Source of the DNA: Fidelibacterota bacterium
GTDB taxonomy: Bacteria > Fidelibacterota > SORT01
DNA length: 64,000 nt
Reading direction: 5' to 3'
Assembly (NCBI GenBank): GCA_022571215.1
Contig: JACZYG010000014.1
Coordinates: forward strand, 3,884 to 67,883
This document shows positions 42,478 to 55,071 of the stretch, piece after piece. Made by a program: the position numbers and the translations under genes. The notes under the pieces were generated by a model. The model was not told the DNA's origin, searched no databases, and saw nothing but the letters and a program-made list of their open reading frames with translations. Each line of letters starts with the position of its first letter. Position 1 is the first letter of the stretch.

Positions 42478-44559
42478 ATGAGCTCAAGGCAGGAATTAGA
42501 AAAGGTTCGTAATATCGGCATCATGGCGCACATAGATGCCGGAAAAACGACGACGACCGAAAGGATACTCTTTTACACAGGTAAACTTCATCGGATGGGA
42601 GAGGTGCATGACGGCGCCGCGACCATGGATTGGATGGAACAGGAGAAAGAAAGGGGTATCACCATTACAAGCGCAGCCACAACCTGTGAGTGGGAAGGTC
42701 ACAAGATAAATATTATCGATACGCCGGGTCATGTTGACTTCACCATGGAAGTCGAAAGGTCTCTCCGCGTTTTGGACGGAGCCGTAGCTCTTTTCTGCGC
42801 GGTAGGTGGAGTCGAACCGCAATCGGAAACGGTTTGGGGCCAGGCGGATAAATATAAGATACCGCGAATTGCCTTCGTCAATAAGATGGACAGGGTTGGA
42901 GCGGATTTCAAATATGTTGTGGATATGATGAAGGAGCGCTTAGGAGCGAACCCGCTTCCGCTTGTGCTGCCTATAGGCGCGGGCGAGATGTTCAACGGCA
43001 TAATCGATCTTCTTGAAATGCGAACGGTTATCTACAGCGAAAGCTCTCAGGGGATGACTTTCGATTACGGCGAAATCCCTAACGATATGCTGCCGGAAGC
43101 CGAAGAGGCGAGAAAGCACCTTATGGAGGAAACCGCCACATTCGATGACAACCTTTTAGAAGACTATTTAGAAGGCAACGAAATCTCGGTTGAAAGAGTG
43201 ATCGAGGCTCTTAGGAAAGCCACCATCGCGAATAAGGTCGTCCCCGTAATTTGCGGGTCCGCCTTCAAGAATCAAGGCGTTCAACGTCTGTTGGATGCGG
43301 TTAATCATTTTCTACCTTCTCCTCTTGACGTGCCTCCCGCGATGGGTCATCATCCGTATTCGGATGACGTGGTGGAGCGTGAGCCGAGCGATGACGAACC
43401 GTTCAGCGCGTTGGCTTTTAAGATAGTTACCGACCCGTATGTAGGACGTTTGACTTACGTGCGTGTTTATTCCGGCAAAATAGAAAAGGGCGATCATATT
43501 TATAATAACACCACCGGCAAGAAAGAACGTGTCAGCAGAATACTTCTGATGCACGCGAATAAGAGAGAGGATTTGAAATCCGCAAGCACAGGCGATATAT
43601 GCGCGATGGTCGGGCTGAACAAGACCAAAACCGGGGACACGATAAGCGAAAAAGATCATCCGATAATCCTTGAGTCAATGCATTTTCCCGAACCGGTTAT
43701 CTCGGTGGCAATAGAACCCGTCTCCAAAGCGGATCAAGATTCGCTCTCGACCGGATTGACAAAACTCTCGGAAGAGGACCCGACATTCAGGATAAAGACC
43801 AACGAGGAAACAGGACAAACCATAATCTCAGGAATGGGTGAACTTCACCTTGAGATACTCGTTGACAGACTCTTGAGAGAATTCAAGGTCGAAGCGAAAG
43901 TCGGTCGTCCGCAGGTGGCGTATAAAGAATCCATCACCAAGCAGGTTGAGGCGGAAGGCAAATTCGTGCGTCAGAGCGGTGGCAGAGGTCAGTACGGGCA
44001 CTGCAACATCATACTCGAGCCGAATGAACCGGGCAAAGAATTTGAATTTATAAATAAAATAGTCGGCGGAGCGATTCCGAAAGAATACATTTCGTCGGTT
44101 GCCAAGGGTATCGAAGAAGCGATGACGAATGGCGTGATTGCGGGATTCCCGCTTATTGATATAAAGGTAACGTTAGTTGACGGTTCCTACCATGATGTTG
44201 ATTCATCTGAAATAGCGTTCAAAGTAGCGGGTTCGATGGCATTGAAAGCCGGAGCCAAGAAAGCCGGTCCGATCCTCTTGGAACCTATTATGGCGGTTGA
44301 ATCGGTCACCCCCGATGAATACCTCGGCGATGTGGTCGGCGACATTACCGCCCGCAGAGGGAAGGTGCAAAGCATGACTCCGCGGAACAAGGTGCAGGTC
44401 ATTGCGGCGATGGTTCCGTTGGCGAAAATGTTCGGATATGCGACAGACCTTAGATCTATGACACAGGGGAGAGCGGTATTCAGTATGCAATTTTCCCATT
44501 ACGAGAAGATGCCGAAGCAGGTCGAGGGAAAGATTCTCGAAACAATAAGCGCGGTATAA
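42478..44559 (+). CDS. fusA: Elongation factor G
   Basis: [24 protein letters not shown]. Confidence 0.99.
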   Translation: MSSRQELEKVRNIGIMAHIDAGKTTTTERILFYTGKLHRMGEVHDGAATMDWMEQEKERGITITSAATTCEWEGHKINIIDTPGHVDFTMEVERSLRVLDGAVALFCAVGGVEPQSETVWGQADKYKIPRIAFVNKMDRVGADFKYVVDMMKERLGANPLPLVLPIGAGEMFNGIIDLLEMRTVIYSESSQGMTFDYGEIPNDMLPEAEEARKHLMEETATFDDNLLEDYLEGNEISVERVIEALRKATIANKVVPVICGSAFKNQGVQRLLDAVNHFLPSPLDVPPAMGHHPYSDDVVEREPSDDEPFSALAFKIVTDPYVGRLTYVRVYSGKIEKGDHIYNNTTGKKERVSRILLMHANKREDLKSASTGDICAMVGLNKTKTGDTISEKDHPIILESMHFPEPVISVAIEPVSKADQDSLSTGLTKLSEEDPTFRIKTNEETGQTIISGMGELHLEILVDRLLREFKVEAKVGRPQVAYKESITKQVEAEGKFVRQSGGRGQYGHCNIILEPNEPGKEFEFINKIVGGAIPKEYISSVAKGIEEAMTNGVIAGFPLIDIKVTLVDGSYHDVDSSEIAFKVAGSMALKAGAKKAGPILLEPIMAVESVTPDEYLGDVVGDITARRGKVQSMTPRNKVQVIAAMVPLAKMFGYATDLRSMTQGRAVFSMQFSHYEKMPKQVEGKILETISAV

Positions 44560-44592
44560 TCGGGTGACGGCAATAAATTTAGGAGGAGATTG

Positions 44593-45783
44593 ATGGCTAA
44601 GCAAAAGTTTGAGAGGACAAAGCCACATGTAAATATCGGCACTATCGGTCACGTTGATCACGGCAAAACCACCTTAACCTCGGCTATAACGATGTACTTG
44701 AGCAAAAAGGGACTTGCTGATCCTCGTTCGTTCGATTCTATAGATAACGCTCCCGAGGAGCGTGAACGCGGCATCACGATAGCGACGTCTCATGTCGAGT
44801 ATGAAACGGAAAACCGTCACTATGCCCATGTTGACTGTCCCGGTCATGCCGACTATATAAAGAATATGATCACCGGCGCGGCTCAGATGGACGGCGCTAT
44901 ATTGGTCGTGTCCGCCGCTGACGGTCCGATGCCCCAGACCCGCGAGCATGTGCTTCTCGCCCGTCAGGTTAACGTTCCCTCTATAGTTGTTTATCTGAAC
45001 AAGACTGATATGGTTGACGATCCCGAGCTGATAGAGTTGGTGGAACTCGAGCTTCGCGAACTCCTTTCCAAGTATGAGTTTCCCGGCGATGATATACCTA
45101 TTATTAAGGGGAGCGCTCTTGAGGCGCTCAACAACCCCGATGACGCCGAGAAGACGAAGAGCATCCAGGAGTTGTTGGATGCCGTTGACAATTACATCCC
45201 GATGCCCGAGCGAGATATAGACAAACCGTTTCTGATGCCTGTAGAGGATGTTTTCTCTATTACGGGTAGAGGCACGGTAGGCACAGGCAGGATAGAGCGT
45301 GGAGTAGTTACGGTAGGGGAGGAGATGGAGATGGTCGGTCTCAACGCCGAGGGGAAGACGACTATCACTGGAGTTGAGATGTTCCGCAAGCTTCTCGATC
45401 GCGGCGAGGCTGGCGATAACGTCGGTCTTTTGATGCGTGGAGTCGACAAGGACTATCTGAAGCGCGGCATGGTCATAGCCAAGCCGGGCAGCGTTACGCC
45501 TCATACGAAGTTCAAGGCGGAAGTATATATCCTTTCGAAGGACGAGGGTGGTCGTCATACTCCGTTCTTTAAAGGCTACAGACCTCAGTTTTATTTCAGG
45601 ACGACCGATGTGACCGGTCTGGTGAAGTTGCCCGAGGGCACCGAGATGGTGATGCCTGGTGACAACGTGAGTCTTCAAATTGAATTGATAATGCCTATAG
45701 CGATGGATAAGGAACTCCGGTTCGCCATCCGCGAAGGGGGACACACGGTTGGCGCGGGTGTCGTAACAGAGGTGATAGAGTAA
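44593..45783 (+). CDS. tuf: Elongation factor Tu, copy 2
   Basis: Protein identical to copy 1. Confidence 0.99.
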   Translation: MAKQKFERTKPHVNIGTIGHVDHGKTTLTSAITMYLSKKGLADPRSFDSIDNAPEERERGITIATSHVEYETENRHYAHVDCPGHADYIKNMITGAAQMDGAILVVSAADGPMPQTREHVLLARQVNVPSIVVYLNKTDMVDDPELIELVELELRELLSKYEFPGDDIPIIKGSALEALNNPDDAEKTKSIQELLDAVDNYIPMPERDIDKPFLMPVEDVFSITGRGTVGTGRIERGVVTVGEEMEMVGLNAEGKTTITGVEMFRKLLDRGEAGDNVGLLMRGVDKDYLKRGMVIAKPGSVTPHTKFKAEVYILSKDEGGRHTPFFKGYRPQFYFRTTDVTGLVKLPEGTEMVMPGDNVSLQIELIMPIAMDKELRFAIREGGHTVGAGVVTEVIE

Positions 45784-45825
45784 GTTAATGTATTCAAATA
45801 AATATAATTCAGGACAAGGTATATA

Positions 45826-46134
45826 ATGCCCGGACAAACTATAAGAATAAGACTCAAAGCGTACGACCACACTCTGGTCGATAAATCTACCGCATTGATA
45901 ATGAAAACGGCAAGGTCAACGGGAGCTGTGGTATCCGGTCCGATTCCGCTTCCTACACGCAGGACGATATATACCGTGTTACGCTCGCCTCACGTCAACA
46001 AGAAATCGAGGGAGCAATTTCAAACGAAGATTCATAAGCGGTTGCTTGATATATTGAATTCCACACCCAAGACGGTTGACGCGCTGATGAAGCTCGATTT
46101 GCCGTCAGGCGTTGACATCGAGATAAAGGTCTGA
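45826..46134 (+). CDS. rpsJ: 30S ribosomal protein S10
   Basis: [20 protein letters not shown]. Confidence 0.98.
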   Translation: MPGQTIRIRLKAYDHTLVDKSTALIMKTARSTGAVVSGPIPLPTRRTIYTVLRSPHVNKKSREQFQTKIHKRLLDILNSTPKTVDALMKLDLPSGVDIEIKV

Positions 46135-46136
46135 AC

Positions 46137-46775
46137 GTGGCTGGAATTCTCGGAAAGAAATTAGGAATGACGCGATACTTCACCGAGGAGGGACGAAGTT
46201 TTCCCGTCACTTTGGTGGAAGTTACCTCGTGCGTCGTAACCCAGATAAAGACTATCGACAGCGACGGTTATGATGCCGTTCAGGTCGGATACTTCCACAA
46301 GAAAGAATCAAAGATCAACAAACCTATTCTCGGAATATTCAAAAAAGCGAACGTCGAGGCGAAATTAGGATTGACAGAATTCAAAGGGCAGATGACGCTT
46401 ATGGACGGGGAAGAGGAGAAGCCGGTCGAAGTCGGTTCGAAGCTTACGATTGACCAGTTTCAGGCGGGTGAAAAAGTCCGCATCAGGAGCAAGTCTAAAG
46501 GAAAGGGATTTGCCGGAGTAGTAAAGAGACATCACTTCAAGGGCGGTCCGGCATCACACGGTCAGGGGGACAAATTGCGGTCGCGAGGCTCGGTAGGCGC
46601 AAGTTCCTATCCGTCAAGAGTCATCAAGGGAATGAAGATGGCAGGCAGAATGGGCGGTGAAAACACTACTCTCCGCGATGTTCAGATCCTCGAGATAGAC
46701 AGCGAGAAGAATCTGCTTGTCTTAAAGGGACCGATACCGGGAGCGATTAATTCTACTGTAAGAATTTGGAAATAG
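46137..46775 (+). CDS. rplC: 50S ribosomal protein L3
   Basis: GKKLGMT, SKGKGFAGVVKRH. Confidence 0.98.
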   Translation: MAGILGKKLGMTRYFTEEGRSFPVTLVEVTSCVVTQIKTIDSDGYDAVQVGYFHKKESKINKPILGIFKKANVEAKLGLTEFKGQMTLMDGEEEKPVEVGSKLTIDQFQAGEKVRIRSKSKGKGFAGVVKRHHFKGGPASHGQGDKLRSRGSVGASSYPSRVIKGMKMAGRMGGENTTLRDVQILEIDSEKNLLVLKGPIPGAINSTVRIWK

Positions 46776-46776
46776 A

Positions 46777-47436
46777 ATGAGAGTAAACGTATTTACAGCA
46801 GGCGGGGAAGAGAGCGGAAAGAAGATCAATCTCAATCCGTTGGTATTCGAGGTGGAGCCGAGCAAGGATGCTATCTTTTCTTCCGTAGTCGCCGAGATGT
46901 GGCATCTGAAGCAGGGTTCACGAGCCACGAAGAGCAAAGCGCAGGTGAAAGTGAGCGGAAAGAAACCGTGGCGTCAGAAAGGCACGGGCAGGGCAAGAGT
47001 AGGAACCTTAGGCTCTCCTATCTGGAAGGGCGGCGGTCATACATTTGCGATCAAACCGGGCGTGCGTTCTCATAAGGTAAACAAGAAAGTAAAGCAGCTA
47101 GCCCGAAAAAGCGCTTTTTCCGTTCATGTGAAAGCAGGCACTTTGAAAGTTGTGGAAGAACTGAAATTCGAGACCCATAAAACCAGCCAGATGCGAACGC
47201 TGCTGAAAAATCTTGGGATTGGCGGTGTCAACAGCCTGCTGATACTAAAGGAACTAAGCGAGAATATCCTGCTCTCGGCGAGGAACATTCCGAACATTAT
47301 GGTCGTCAGCGCAGGCAGCAGCTCAACGTTAGACCTCGTAAGCTCGAAGAAGGTAATTTTGGAGTCCGGAGCGGTCGAGATATTGAACAATCTGTTTGAT
47401 AAAGATAAAAAAGCCTCCAAAGGAGATTCCGAATGA
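46777..47436 (+). CDS. rplD: 50S ribosomal protein L4
   Basis: KPWRQKGTGRAR. Confidence 0.98.
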   Translation: MRVNVFTAGGEESGKKINLNPLVFEVEPSKDAIFSSVVAEMWHLKQGSRATKSKAQVKVSGKKPWRQKGTGRARVGTLGSPIWKGGGHTFAIKPGVRSHKVNKKVKQLARKSAFSVHVKAGTLKVVEELKFETHKTSQMRTLLKNLGIGGVNSLLILKELSENILLSARNIPNIMVVSAGSSSTLDLVSSKKVILESGAVEILNNLFDKDKKASKGDSE

Positions 47437-47747
47437 GCGGTTCACTATTGATGGTGCCTATAATCACCGAAAAGATGCATAATCTTCAGGAGTCCGATAA
47501 CAGTTACGCTTTCAAGGTGTTACCGAGCAGTAACAAACTTGAGATAAAAAAAGCGGTCGAAGAGAGGTTCGGCGTTCACGTGAAACAGGTACGGACGATG
47601 AATCTCAAAGGTAAAAGCCGGATCATGTCCGTCAAAAGCGGCGGTCGCGTCATACGCACGTCAGGTAAAAAGTCGAACTGGAAGAAGGCAATAGTTACGC
47701 TGCTGCCCGGAGAGTCGCTCGATATTTACGGAAACGAACCATCTTAA
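47433..47747 (+). CDS. rplW: 50S ribosomal protein L23
   Basis: PIITEK, NKLEIKKAVE, WKKAIVTL. Confidence 0.97.
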   Translation: MSGSLLMVPIITEKMHNLQESDNSYAFKVLPSSNKLEIKKAVEERFGVHVKQVRTMNLKGKSRIMSVKSGGRVIRTSGKKSNWKKAIVTLLPGESLDIYGNEPS

Positions 47748-47764
47748 TTCGAGATTTGGAATAG

Positions 47765-48589
47765 ATGCCGATTAAACAATATAAACCGACCACACCGGCG
47801 CAGAGGTATAAGACTACTTCGACCTTTGCCGAGATAACGAAAACGAAGCCTGAGAAGAGTCTTGTAACCCCCTTGAAGAAGACGGGCGGCAGGAACAATA
47901 ATGGGCGAATCACTTCCCGCAGGCGGGGCGGCGGTCATAAACGGAAGTACCGTATCATAGATTTTAGAAGAGATAAAACGGGGATTCCGGCGAAGGTAGC
48001 GTCTATCGAGTACGATCCGAACAGGTCCGCGAGGATCGCTCTGCTCTTTTACGCGGATGGAGAGAAACGATACATTCTTTATCCTGTCGGAATGAAGGTG
48101 GGCGACAGCGTGATGTCAGGTCCGGATGCTCCGTTGAAATCCGGTAATTCGCTTCCGTTGGCTGATATTCCTACAGGCACGATGGTGCATAACGTCGAGA
48201 TGACTTCCGGAAAAGGGGGACAGGCTGTACGAAGCGCGGGCACTTCCGCTCAGGTTATGGCAAAAGATGGCGGTTATGTCACGTTGAAGATGCCCTCAAG
48301 AGAGATTCGCATGGTTCGCAAGGAGTGTGTGGCAACGATAGGACAGGTCGGCAACAGAGACCATGAACTTATAGTTATCGGTAAGGCAGGACGCAGCCGC
48401 TGGTTAGGCAGAAGACCTAAGGTTCGCGGTGTCGTGATGAACCCGGTAGACCATCCGATGGGTGGAGGTGAAGGTAAATCTTCCGGAGGCAGACATCCCG
48501 TCTCGCCGTGGGGAAAACCTTCCAAGGGAGGTAAAACCCGCGGAAAGAAACTGTCGGATAAATTAATCATTAAGAGAAGGACAAAGTAA
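47765..48589 (+). CDS. rplB: 50S ribosomal protein L2
   Basis: [21 protein letters not shown]. Confidence 0.99.
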   Translation: MPIKQYKPTTPAQRYKTTSTFAEITKTKPEKSLVTPLKKTGGRNNNGRITSRRRGGGHKRKYRIIDFRRDKTGIPAKVASIEYDPNRSARIALLFYADGEKRYILYPVGMKVGDSVMSGPDAPLKSGNSLPLADIPTGTMVHNVEMTSGKGGQAVRSAGTSAQVMAKDGGYVTLKMPSREIRMVRKECVATIGQVGNRDHELIVIGKAGRSRWLGRRPKVRGVVMNPVDHPMGGGEGKSSGGRHPVSPWGKPSKGGKTRGKKLSDKLIIKRRTK

Positions 48590-48592
48590 GGG

Positions 48593-48880
48593 ATGCCAAG
48601 GTCAGTCAAAAAAGGACCGTACGTGGACGAACGGCTTATGAAGAAAGTCCAGGAGTTGAACAAGACCCGCGGTAAGAAGGTGATACAAACATGGTCGCGT
48701 AGAACAACGATACCTCCGGATTTTGTGGGTCATACAATCGCGGTGCACAACGGAATCAAGTTCATCCCTGTTTATATTTCGGAAAATATGGTAGGACACA
48801 AGCTCGGCGAGTTCTCACCGACACGCACGTTCAGGGGTCACGCCGGCAGCAGCAAAGATTCATCATCAAAGGTACGTTAA
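48593..48880 (+). CDS. rpsS: 30S ribosomal protein S19
   Basis: [13 protein letters not shown]. Confidence 0.98.
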   Translation: MPRSVKKGPYVDERLMKKVQELNKTRGKKVIQTWSRRTTIPPDFVGHTIAVHNGIKFIPVYISENMVGHKLGEFSPTRTFRGHAGSSKDSSSKVR

Positions 48881-48883
48881 AAA

Positions 48884-49249
48884 TTGAACGCAAAAGCCAT
48901 TAAAAGATATTCAAGACAAGGACCCCGCAAGGTTCGCCTGTTAGCGGACCTGATCAGGGGCAAGAATGTTGAAACAGCTATAAATATTCTGCATTTTTCC
49001 AGAAAGAAGGCGGCGACGGAATTAGAGAAAACGGTACGCAGCGCAATTGCCAACCTCGTAAACTTAGAGGGCGGAGATGTGGATCCGGAAAAGCTGTTCG
49101 TCAAGGAGGTCTATATTGACGGGGGTCCGTCAATCAAGCGATTCCGTCCGAGAGCAATGGGCAGAGCGACTCCGATATTGAAGCGAACAGCTCATATGAC
49201 CGTAATAGTCGCTACCATGGACGAACGAAAGAAAAGAGTAAGGGCTTAA
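48884..49249 (+). CDS. rplV: 50S ribosomal protein L22
   Basis: [20 protein letters not shown]. Confidence 0.98.
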   Translation: MNAKAIKRYSRQGPRKVRLLADLIRGKNVETAINILHFSRKKAATELEKTVRSAIANLVNLEGGDVDPEKLFVKEVYIDGGPSIKRFRPRAMGRATPILKRTAHMTVIVATMDERKKRVRA

Positions 49250-49253
49250 AAGT

Positions 49254-49904
49254 ATGGGACAAAAAGTACATCCGATAGGATACAGGCTCGGCTATATAAA
49301 GACCTGGGATTCTAACTGGTTCGACGAGAAAAACTTCGCCCAAAAACTGAACGAAGACATAATGCTGAGGCGTTACGTGAACAAGCGTCTCGACAAAGCG
49401 GCGGTTTCGAAAATCAAGATAGAGCGAACCAACAAGAGGATAACGATAACAATTCACACGGCGAGACCGGGCATAGTTATCGGAAGCAAGGGTTCGGAAG
49501 TCAACAAGCTCCGCGAGGAGCTCAGAAAGCTTACGGACAGGGAAGTGCAAATAAATGTCAGTGAGATCAAACGACCTGAACTCGACGCATTTCTCGTTGC
49601 GCAAAACATCGCGAAACAGTTGGAAGAAAAAGTCTCGTATAGAAGAGCGATAAAGAAATCCATCATGTCCACCATGAGAATGGGCGCAGAGGGAATTCGT
49701 ATTGGAGCGGGCGGAAGGCTCGGAGGCGCTGAGATGGGCAGGAGAGAACGGTTTCAGGAAGGCAGAGTTCCGCTGCATACCCTGCGCGCCGATATTGATT
49801 ATGCAAGCACAACGGCATTCACGACATACGGATGCGTAGGCGTCAAGGTTTGGATCTACAACGGTGAGGCGCAGCCGTTGAAATGGAGTGAGAAGAAAGA
49901 ATAA
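49254..49904 (+). CDS. rpsC: 30S ribosomal protein S3
   Basis: [21 protein letters not shown]. Confidence 0.98.
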   Translation: MGQKVHPIGYRLGYIKTWDSNWFDEKNFAQKLNEDIMLRRYVNKRLDKAAVSKIKIERTNKRITITIHTARPGIVIGSKGSEVNKLREELRKLTDREVQINVSEIKRPELDAFLVAQNIAKQLEEKVSYRRAIKKSIMSTMRMGAEGIRIGAGGRLGGAEMGRRERFQEGRVPLHTLRADIDYASTTAFTTYGCVGVKVWIYNGEAQPLKWSEKKE

Positions 49905-50318
49905 ATGTTAGAACCGAGGAAGGTAAAACACAGGAAACATCATCGCGGTAAAAGAACAGGATTGGCATATCGCGGTTCAAAAGTATCCTTTGGAACCTAT
50001 GGTTTGAAAGCGCTCGAGGCGTGTTGGATAACCGGCAGGCAAATTGAAGCGGCGCGTGTCGCAATCACTCGAAAGGTCAAAAGACACGGAAAGCTCTGGA
50101 TACGGATATTCCCCGATAAACCCGTAACCCAAAAACCCGCCGAAACAAGAATGGGTAAGGGAAAGGGTTCACCGGAATACTTCGTGGCAGTAGTGAAACC
50201 GGGTCGGATTCTGTTCGAGATAGACGGCGTTGACCAGGAATTAGCCAATGAAGCGTTCAGACTCGGACAGCATAAATTACCGATAAAAACCAAAATTGTT
50301 AAGAGGGATGAAGCGTAG
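49905..50318 (+). CDS. rplP: 50S ribosomal protein L16
   Basis: QIEAAR, RMGKGKG. Confidence 0.98.
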   Translation: MLEPRKVKHRKHHRGKRTGLAYRGSKVSFGTYGLKALEACWITGRQIEAARVAITRKVKRHGKLWIRIFPDKPVTQKPAETRMGKGKGSPEYFVAVVKPGRILFEIDGVDQELANEAFRLGQHKLPIKTKIVKRDEA

Positions 50319-50320
50319 AT

Positions 50321-50569
50321 ATGAAAAAAGAGGAATTAAGAGAACTCACGGAGGTAGAGGTAACGAACCGGCTCCGCGATTCTATCGAGGAGATGGAAAA
50401 CCTCAAGTTTCAACACTCGCTTCGGCAGCTGGAAAACCAGCAAAGAATTAAAATAGTGCGCAGAAACATTGCGCAGTTGAAAACGGTCATACACGAAGAT
50501 AAGCTGGGGCTTAGCGAGATGCCCGGCAAAGCGAATGAGAAAGATGATGTTAAGGAGGAGAAAGAGTGA
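50321..50569 (+). CDS. rpmC: 50S ribosomal protein L29 with a C-terminal tail
   Basis: [11 protein letters not shown]; operon position. Confidence 0.93.
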   Translation: MKKEELRELTEVEVTNRLRDSIEEMENLKFQHSLRQLENQQRIKIVRRNIAQLKTVIHEDKLGLSEMPGKANEKDDVKEEKE

Positions 50570-50826
50570 GCAGTGACGGCGGAAGAAGGAAGACGCTTAC
50601 GGGTGTTGTAATGAGCGATGTGAACGATAAAACCGTGGTCATAAAAGTTGAAAGGCGGTTCTCTCATCCGAAATACGGCAAGATGGTGCGGAAATCTAAA
50701 CGGTTCATGGCTCACGATAAGGATAATTCCTGCAGCGTCGGCGACACGGTCAGAATAACGGAATCAAGACCGATCAGCAAACTGAAGAGATGGCGCGTGT
50801 CGGAAATTATCGAGAAGGCTAAATAG
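50566..50826 (+). CDS. rpsQ: 30S ribosomal protein S17
   Basis: [15 protein letters not shown]. Confidence 0.97.
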   Translation: MSSDGGRRKTLTGVVMSDVNDKTVVIKVERRFSHPKYGKMVRKSKRFMAHDKDNSCSVGDTVRITESRPISKLKRWRVSEIIEKAK

Positions 50827-50828
50827 GG

Positions 50829-51197
50829 ATGATCCAGACGCAAACAAAATTGATAGTGGCTGATAACACCGGCGCAAAAAGCATCATGTGTATAAAAGTT
50901 TTGGGGGGCACGAAAAAACGTTACGCTACTTTAGGCGATACCATTGTAATTACGGTCAAGAGCGCGATACCTAACGGCATGGTGAAAAAGGGGCAGGTTG
51001 TGAAGGCGATAATCGTACGTGTAAAGAAAGAACGGGCGAGAAAAGACGGCTCTTATATCAGATTTGATGAAAACGCCGCGGTGCTCGTCAACGATGCTCA
51101 GGAACCGATAGGCACCCGTATCTTCGGTCCGGTAGCGAGAGAACTTCGCGAGAAGAACCATATGAAGATAATTTCCATGGCTCCGGAGGTAGTGTAA
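50829..51197 (+). CDS. rplN: 50S ribosomal protein L14
   Basis: [19 protein letters not shown]. Confidence 0.98.
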   Translation: MIQTQTKLIVADNTGAKSIMCIKVLGGTKKRYATLGDTIVITVKSAIPNGMVKKGQVVKAIIVRVKKERARKDGSYIRFDENAAVLVNDAQEPIGTRIFGPVARELREKNHMKIISMAPEVV

Positions 51198-51198
51198 G

Positions 51199-51504
51199 AT
51201 GGTAAAAGCAGGCGATCAGGTCCTTGTCATATCGGGGGCGAGCATTGCGAAAAAAGGGAAAGTGCTCAAGAGTTTCCCGAAGAAGAACAGGGTAATTGTT
51301 GAAGGGCTTAATCTTGTAAAAAGACATTCAAAACCGTCCCAGAAGCATCCACAGGGCGGCATAATGGAATTTTCCGCTCCAATTCACATATCGAACGTGA
51401 TGCTTATATGCAGTAAATGCAATACTCCGACGCGGGAAAAACATAAAACGCTGGATGACGGCAGTAAGGTGAGAGTTTGTTCTCACTGTGGAGAGATTAC
51501 TTAG
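51199..51504 (+). CDS. rplX: 50S ribosomal protein L24
   Basis: [16 protein letters not shown]. Confidence 0.96.
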   Translation: MVKAGDQVLVISGASIAKKGKVLKSFPKKNRVIVEGLNLVKRHSKPSQKHPQGGIMEFSAPIHISNVMLICSKCNTPTREKHKTLDDGSKVRVCSHCGEIT

Positions 51505-51506
51505 AA

Positions 51507-52328
51507 GTGGCTGAAGATAAAGATAAAGTGACAAAGCCGAAGGCAAAAAAAGCCGCTAAAGAAGCGGCGAAACCGAAACCGGCGAAAGCAGCGACGGCAG
51601 ATAAAACTGTCAAGGCAGCAGCGAAGCCAGAGGCAAAGCCGGCTGTAAAGAAAGCGGCAAAAGCTGATAAAGCTGTTAAAACAGCGGCAAAGACAGCAGC
51701 AGAACCGACGGCAAAGAAGACGGTCAAGGCGACGAAGAAAGCCGCTAAGACACCGGGAGATTACGTGCCTCGCTTAAAGGTATTCTATAACGACAAAGTG
51801 ATACCCTATATGATCGGTAAATTCGATTACGCAAATCCTAATATGGTGCCGAAGATCAGTAAAATATCTATAAATTCCCGAGTATCGACCGCGAGGGACG
51901 AGGTCAAGGACCTTGAATCTATCACAGAGGACATAACTGTCATTGCCGGTCAGAAAGCGGTCGTGACGAGAGCGAAGAAAGCTATCGCGAATTTTAAAAT
52001 CAGGCAGGGAGACCCTGTCGGCGCTACGGTAACGATAAGAGGAAGAAGGATGTACGAGTTCCTCGACAGGATGATATCTATCGCCATACCCCGAGTGAGG
52101 GATTTTAACGGTCTGAGAGAGAAATCCTTTGACGGTTACGGCAATTTTTCCTTCGGCGTAAAAGAACAGATAATTTTTCCCGAGATCGACTACGATAAGG
52201 TTAATAAGATCAGAGGGATGGACATAACAATCGTAACCACAGCCAACACCGATGAGGAAGGCTACGAGCTGCTGAAATCGCTCGGAATGCCATTCAGGAT
52301 CATCGAATCGGCGGGACCGGGTAATTAA
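51507..52328 (+). CDS. rplE: 50S ribosomal protein L5 with a Lys/Ala-rich N-terminal extension
   Basis: [17 protein letters not shown]; GTG start 2 bp after the rplX stop. Confidence 0.96.
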   Translation: MAEDKDKVTKPKAKKAAKEAAKPKPAKAATADKTVKAAAKPEAKPAVKKAAKADKAVKTAAKTAAEPTAKKTVKATKKAAKTPGDYVPRLKVFYNDKVIPYMIGKFDYANPNMVPKISKISINSRVSTARDEVKDLESITEDITVIAGQKAVVTRAKKAIANFKIRQGDPVGATVTIRGRRMYEFLDRMISIAIPRVRDFNGLREKSFDGYGNFSFGVKEQIIFPEIDYDKVNKIRGMDITIVTTANTDEEGYELLKSLGMPFRIIESAGPGN

Positions 52329-52331
52329 GTA

Positions 52332-52517
52332 ATGGCAAAAAAATCATGGATAGCAAAGCAAAAAAAGACTCAAAAGTTTGCCGTACGGGAGTATAACCGC
52401 TGCCAAAGATGCGGTCGCGCTCGTTCGTATTACAGGAGATTCGGACTTTGCAGAATATGTTTCAGGGAATTAGCCCTCAAGGGTGAAATACCCGGTATCA
52501 CCAAGGCAAGTTGGTAA
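52332..52517 (+). CDS. rpsN: 30S ribosomal protein S14 (zinc-binding type Z)
   Basis: 61 aa; CQRC..CRIC; KASW. Confidence 0.97.
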   Translation: MAKKSWIAKQKKTQKFAVREYNRCQRCGRARSYYRRFGLCRICFRELALKGEIPGITKASW

Positions 52518-52530
52518 GGGAGAGCATTAG

Positions 52531-52929
52531 ATGTCGCACACATATCCGTTAGCGGATTATCTGACGAGAATTAGAAACGCTCAAATGGCAGGAAAGAGAT
52601 GGGTGGACGTTCCGTCATCAAATTTAAAGAAGGCAGTCTCTCTGATACTTCGCCGTGAGGGATATATCAGGGACATCATTCATGTGGATGAAGGACCTCA
52701 GGGCAGATTAAGAATTTATCTGAAGTACGTAAACGAGGGGAAAGGTGTCATCGAAGGTATTGATTGCGTCTCAAAACCCGGAAGACGCGTTTATTGCAGC
52801 GCAAGCAAAATTCCGCGGGTGAGAAACGGACTTGGAATAGCGATAATCAGCACCTCTTCGGGTGTTGTTACCGGAATCGAGGCTAAGAAAAAAAATCAGG
52901 GCGGAGAAGTTCTCTGCCGGGTTTGGTAG
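52531..52929 (+). CDS. rpsH: 30S ribosomal protein S8
   Basis: LTRIRNA, SKPGRRVY. Confidence 0.97.
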   Translation: MSHTYPLADYLTRIRNAQMAGKRWVDVPSSNLKKAVSLILRREGYIRDIIHVDEGPQGRLRIYLKYVNEGKGVIEGIDCVSKPGRRVYCSASKIPRVRNGLGIAIISTSSGVVTGIEAKKKNQGGEVLCRVW

Positions 52930-52939
52930 AGGTAATTGA

Positions 52940-53524
52940 ATGTCGAAAATAGGTAAAGAGCCGATTCCGTTACCGGACGGTGTCGAACTGAAGATATCGG
53001 GGAGACTCCATACGGTAAAGGGTCCCAAGGGCGAACTGTCTCAGGAAGTGGATGAGCGGATCACCGTAACGGCAGCAGACGGAATCGTTACTCTTACAAG
53101 AGCGAACGATGAAAAGTCAGTCCGCTCTCTGCACGGGTTGTATAGAGCGTTATTAGCTAATATGGTCATCGGCGTAAGCGAAGGATATGAAAAGACTCTC
53201 TTATTGATAGGGATAGGATTCGCGGCCGAGATGAAAGGGAGAAAAATGCTTCTCCATCTCGGATTTTCTCATCCCGTTCTCTTCGAATTACCGGACGGGA
53301 TCGACTTCGAAATTAATAAACCCGATCCGCAGCAGAAGTCGGAATTTCGCAATATGCAATCTCAAATAGTTATCAAAGGAATTGACAAGCAGTTGGTCGG
53401 ACAAGTCACCGCGAACCTCAGAGCGCTTAAACGGCCGGAACCCTATAAGGGCAAAGGAATCAGATATATTAACGAATATGTAAGGAAGAAAGCGGGTAAG
53501 CAGGTTGCGACCGCCGCCGCTTAA
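52940..53524 (+). CDS. rplF: 50S ribosomal protein L6
   Basis: [16 protein letters not shown]. Confidence 0.98.
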   Translation: MSKIGKEPIPLPDGVELKISGRLHTVKGPKGELSQEVDERITVTAADGIVTLTRANDEKSVRSLHGLYRALLANMVIGVSEGYEKTLLLIGIGFAAEMKGRKMLLHLGFSHPVLFELPDGIDFEINKPDPQQKSEFRNMQSQIVIKGIDKQLVGQVTANLRALKRPEPYKGKGIRYINEYVRKKAGKQVATAAA

Positions 53525-53538
53525 AGTTAGAGGAAGAA

Positions 53539-53910
53539 TTGAAGGATAAAAATAAATTAAAAACCGCGCTAAGGCTGAAAAAAGCGAAAAGGATAAAGTC
53601 GCGCATGAGAGGTACCGCGGAGAAACCGCGTTTAGTCGTTTTCCGTTCTCTCAAGCATATATACGCGCAATTAGTTGATGATGTCTCGGGACGCACTCTT
53701 GTATCGTCTTCGACAACAGAAAAAGATGCCGGAGGAAAAAATCTGTCCGGCGGCAAAGTCGAGCTGAGTAAATCAGTCGGTAAGAAATTAGCGGAAGAAG
53801 CGAATAAGCAGAAGATCAGTAAAGCTGTTTTTGACAGAAACGGTTACTTGTATCACGGACGCGTAAAAGCCGTTGCCGAAGGCGCCCGTGAAAACGGTTT
53901 AAAAATTTAA
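53539..53910 (+). CDS. rplR: 50S ribosomal protein L18
   Basis: [20 protein letters not shown]. Confidence 0.97.
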   Translation: MKDKNKLKTALRLKKAKRIKSRMRGTAEKPRLVVFRSLKHIYAQLVDDVSGRTLVSSSTTEKDAGGKNLSGGKVELSKSVGKKLAEEANKQKISKAVFDRNGYLYHGRVKAVAEGARENGLKI

Positions 53911-53920
53911 GGATAAATAA

Positions 53921-54436
53921 TTGCGTCGAATCAGTGCATCAGAATTAGACCTTCTCGATGAGAAGGTTGTGAAGATCAATCGCGTGTCCAAAGTAGTCAA
54001 AGGCGGACAACGCTTCGGGTTCAACGCTCTTGTCGTCGTGGGAGACGGAAAAGGACATGTCGGAATAGGCCTCGGCAAGGCGGGTGAAGTTCTCACATCA
54101 GTGAACAAGGGAAAGGACGTCGCAAAAAAGAATATTGTGAAAATATCGCTTTTGAACGGAACTATCCCTCACAAAATAATAGGAACGTTCGGCGCGGCTA
54201 AAGTAGTGCTGAAACCGGCGTCAGCCGGAACAGGAATTATAGCCGGCGGCGCGGTGCGAGCCGTTATGGAACAGGTAGGTATCCATGATATTCTCGCTAA
54301 ATCGATAGGTTCGCCAAATCCGCATAACGTCGTAAAGGCAACGATGAACGGTCTGATGGGTCTGATGGATGCAACGGCGGCATCACGTAAGAGGGGAATC
54401 TCAATCAAACAGATGTTCGGGATGGATACAGAATGA
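53921..54436 (+). CDS. rpsE: 30S ribosomal protein S5
   Basis: [14 protein letters not shown]. Confidence 0.98.
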   Translation: MRRISASELDLLDEKVVKINRVSKVVKGGQRFGFNALVVVGDGKGHVGIGLGKAGEVLTSVNKGKDVAKKNIVKISLLNGTIPHKIIGTFGAAKVVLKPASAGTGIIAGGAVRAVMEQVGIHDILAKSIGSPNPHNVVKATMNGLMGLMDATAASRKRGISIKQMFGMDTE

Positions 54437-54633
54437 CGGCTAAGGAAAAAGAGAGCGGCAAACTGAAAATCACTCAGATCAAAAGCGGTATCGGTTATCA
54501 CCATACGGCGAAGAAGACCCTGATAGCGCTCGGGCTAAGGAAGATGCATCAGACAGTAGTGCAGCCGAATAACGCCGCGATTCGAGGGATGATATTCAAA
54601 ATCAATTATTTATTGAAGGTGGAAGAGGCGTAG
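54433..54633 (+). CDS. rpmD: 50S ribosomal protein L30
   Basis: [15 protein letters not shown]. Confidence 0.96.
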   Translation: MTAKEKESGKLKITQIKSGIGYHHTAKKTLIALGLRKMHQTVVQPNNAAIRGMIFKINYLLKVEEA

Positions 54634-55071
54634 ATGGGTTTAGAGAATTTAAGACGACCCGGAGGACCGAGAAAAGCCCGAAAGAGAATCGGCAGGGGAC
54701 AAGGCTCGGGCACCGGCGGCACATCCGGAGCAGGACATAAAGGAGCGCGTTCACGCAGCGGGTTCAAACGGAAAAGGGGATTTGAAGGCGGACAGATGCC
54801 GTTGCAGCGTCGCGTGCCGAAGGTAGGATTCACCAACATATTCAGGGTCGAATATCAGGTGGTGAACGTTCGGGACTTAGGCAGAGCGAAGGACAAGGAG
54901 ATAACGCTCGAAACTTTGTTGGCGAGCGGACTCGTGAGAAACTTGAACAAACCGGTAAAAATATTAGGCACAGGCGACGTGACGGAAGCGTACGACGTTT
55001 CAGCAAACGCTTTCAGCAAAAGCGCCGTTGAAAAGATAGAGGCAGCCGGAGGCAGCACAACCACGTTATGA
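54634..55071 (+). CDS. rplO: 50S ribosomal protein L15
   Basis: GFEGGQMPLQRRVPK. Confidence 0.98.
   Translation: MGLENLRRPGGPRKARKRIGRGQGSGTGGTSGAGHKGARSRSGFKRKRGFEGGQMPLQRRVPKVGFTNIFRVEYQVVNVRDLGRAKDKEITLETLLASGLVRNLNKPVKILGTGDVTEAYDVSANAFSKSAVEKIEAAGGSTTTL

Noticed and set aside
44674-45870. 398-aa antisense ORF (and 29396-30085)
   Set aside because: Shadow frames opposite tuf, explained by codon bias; no recognisable motifs.
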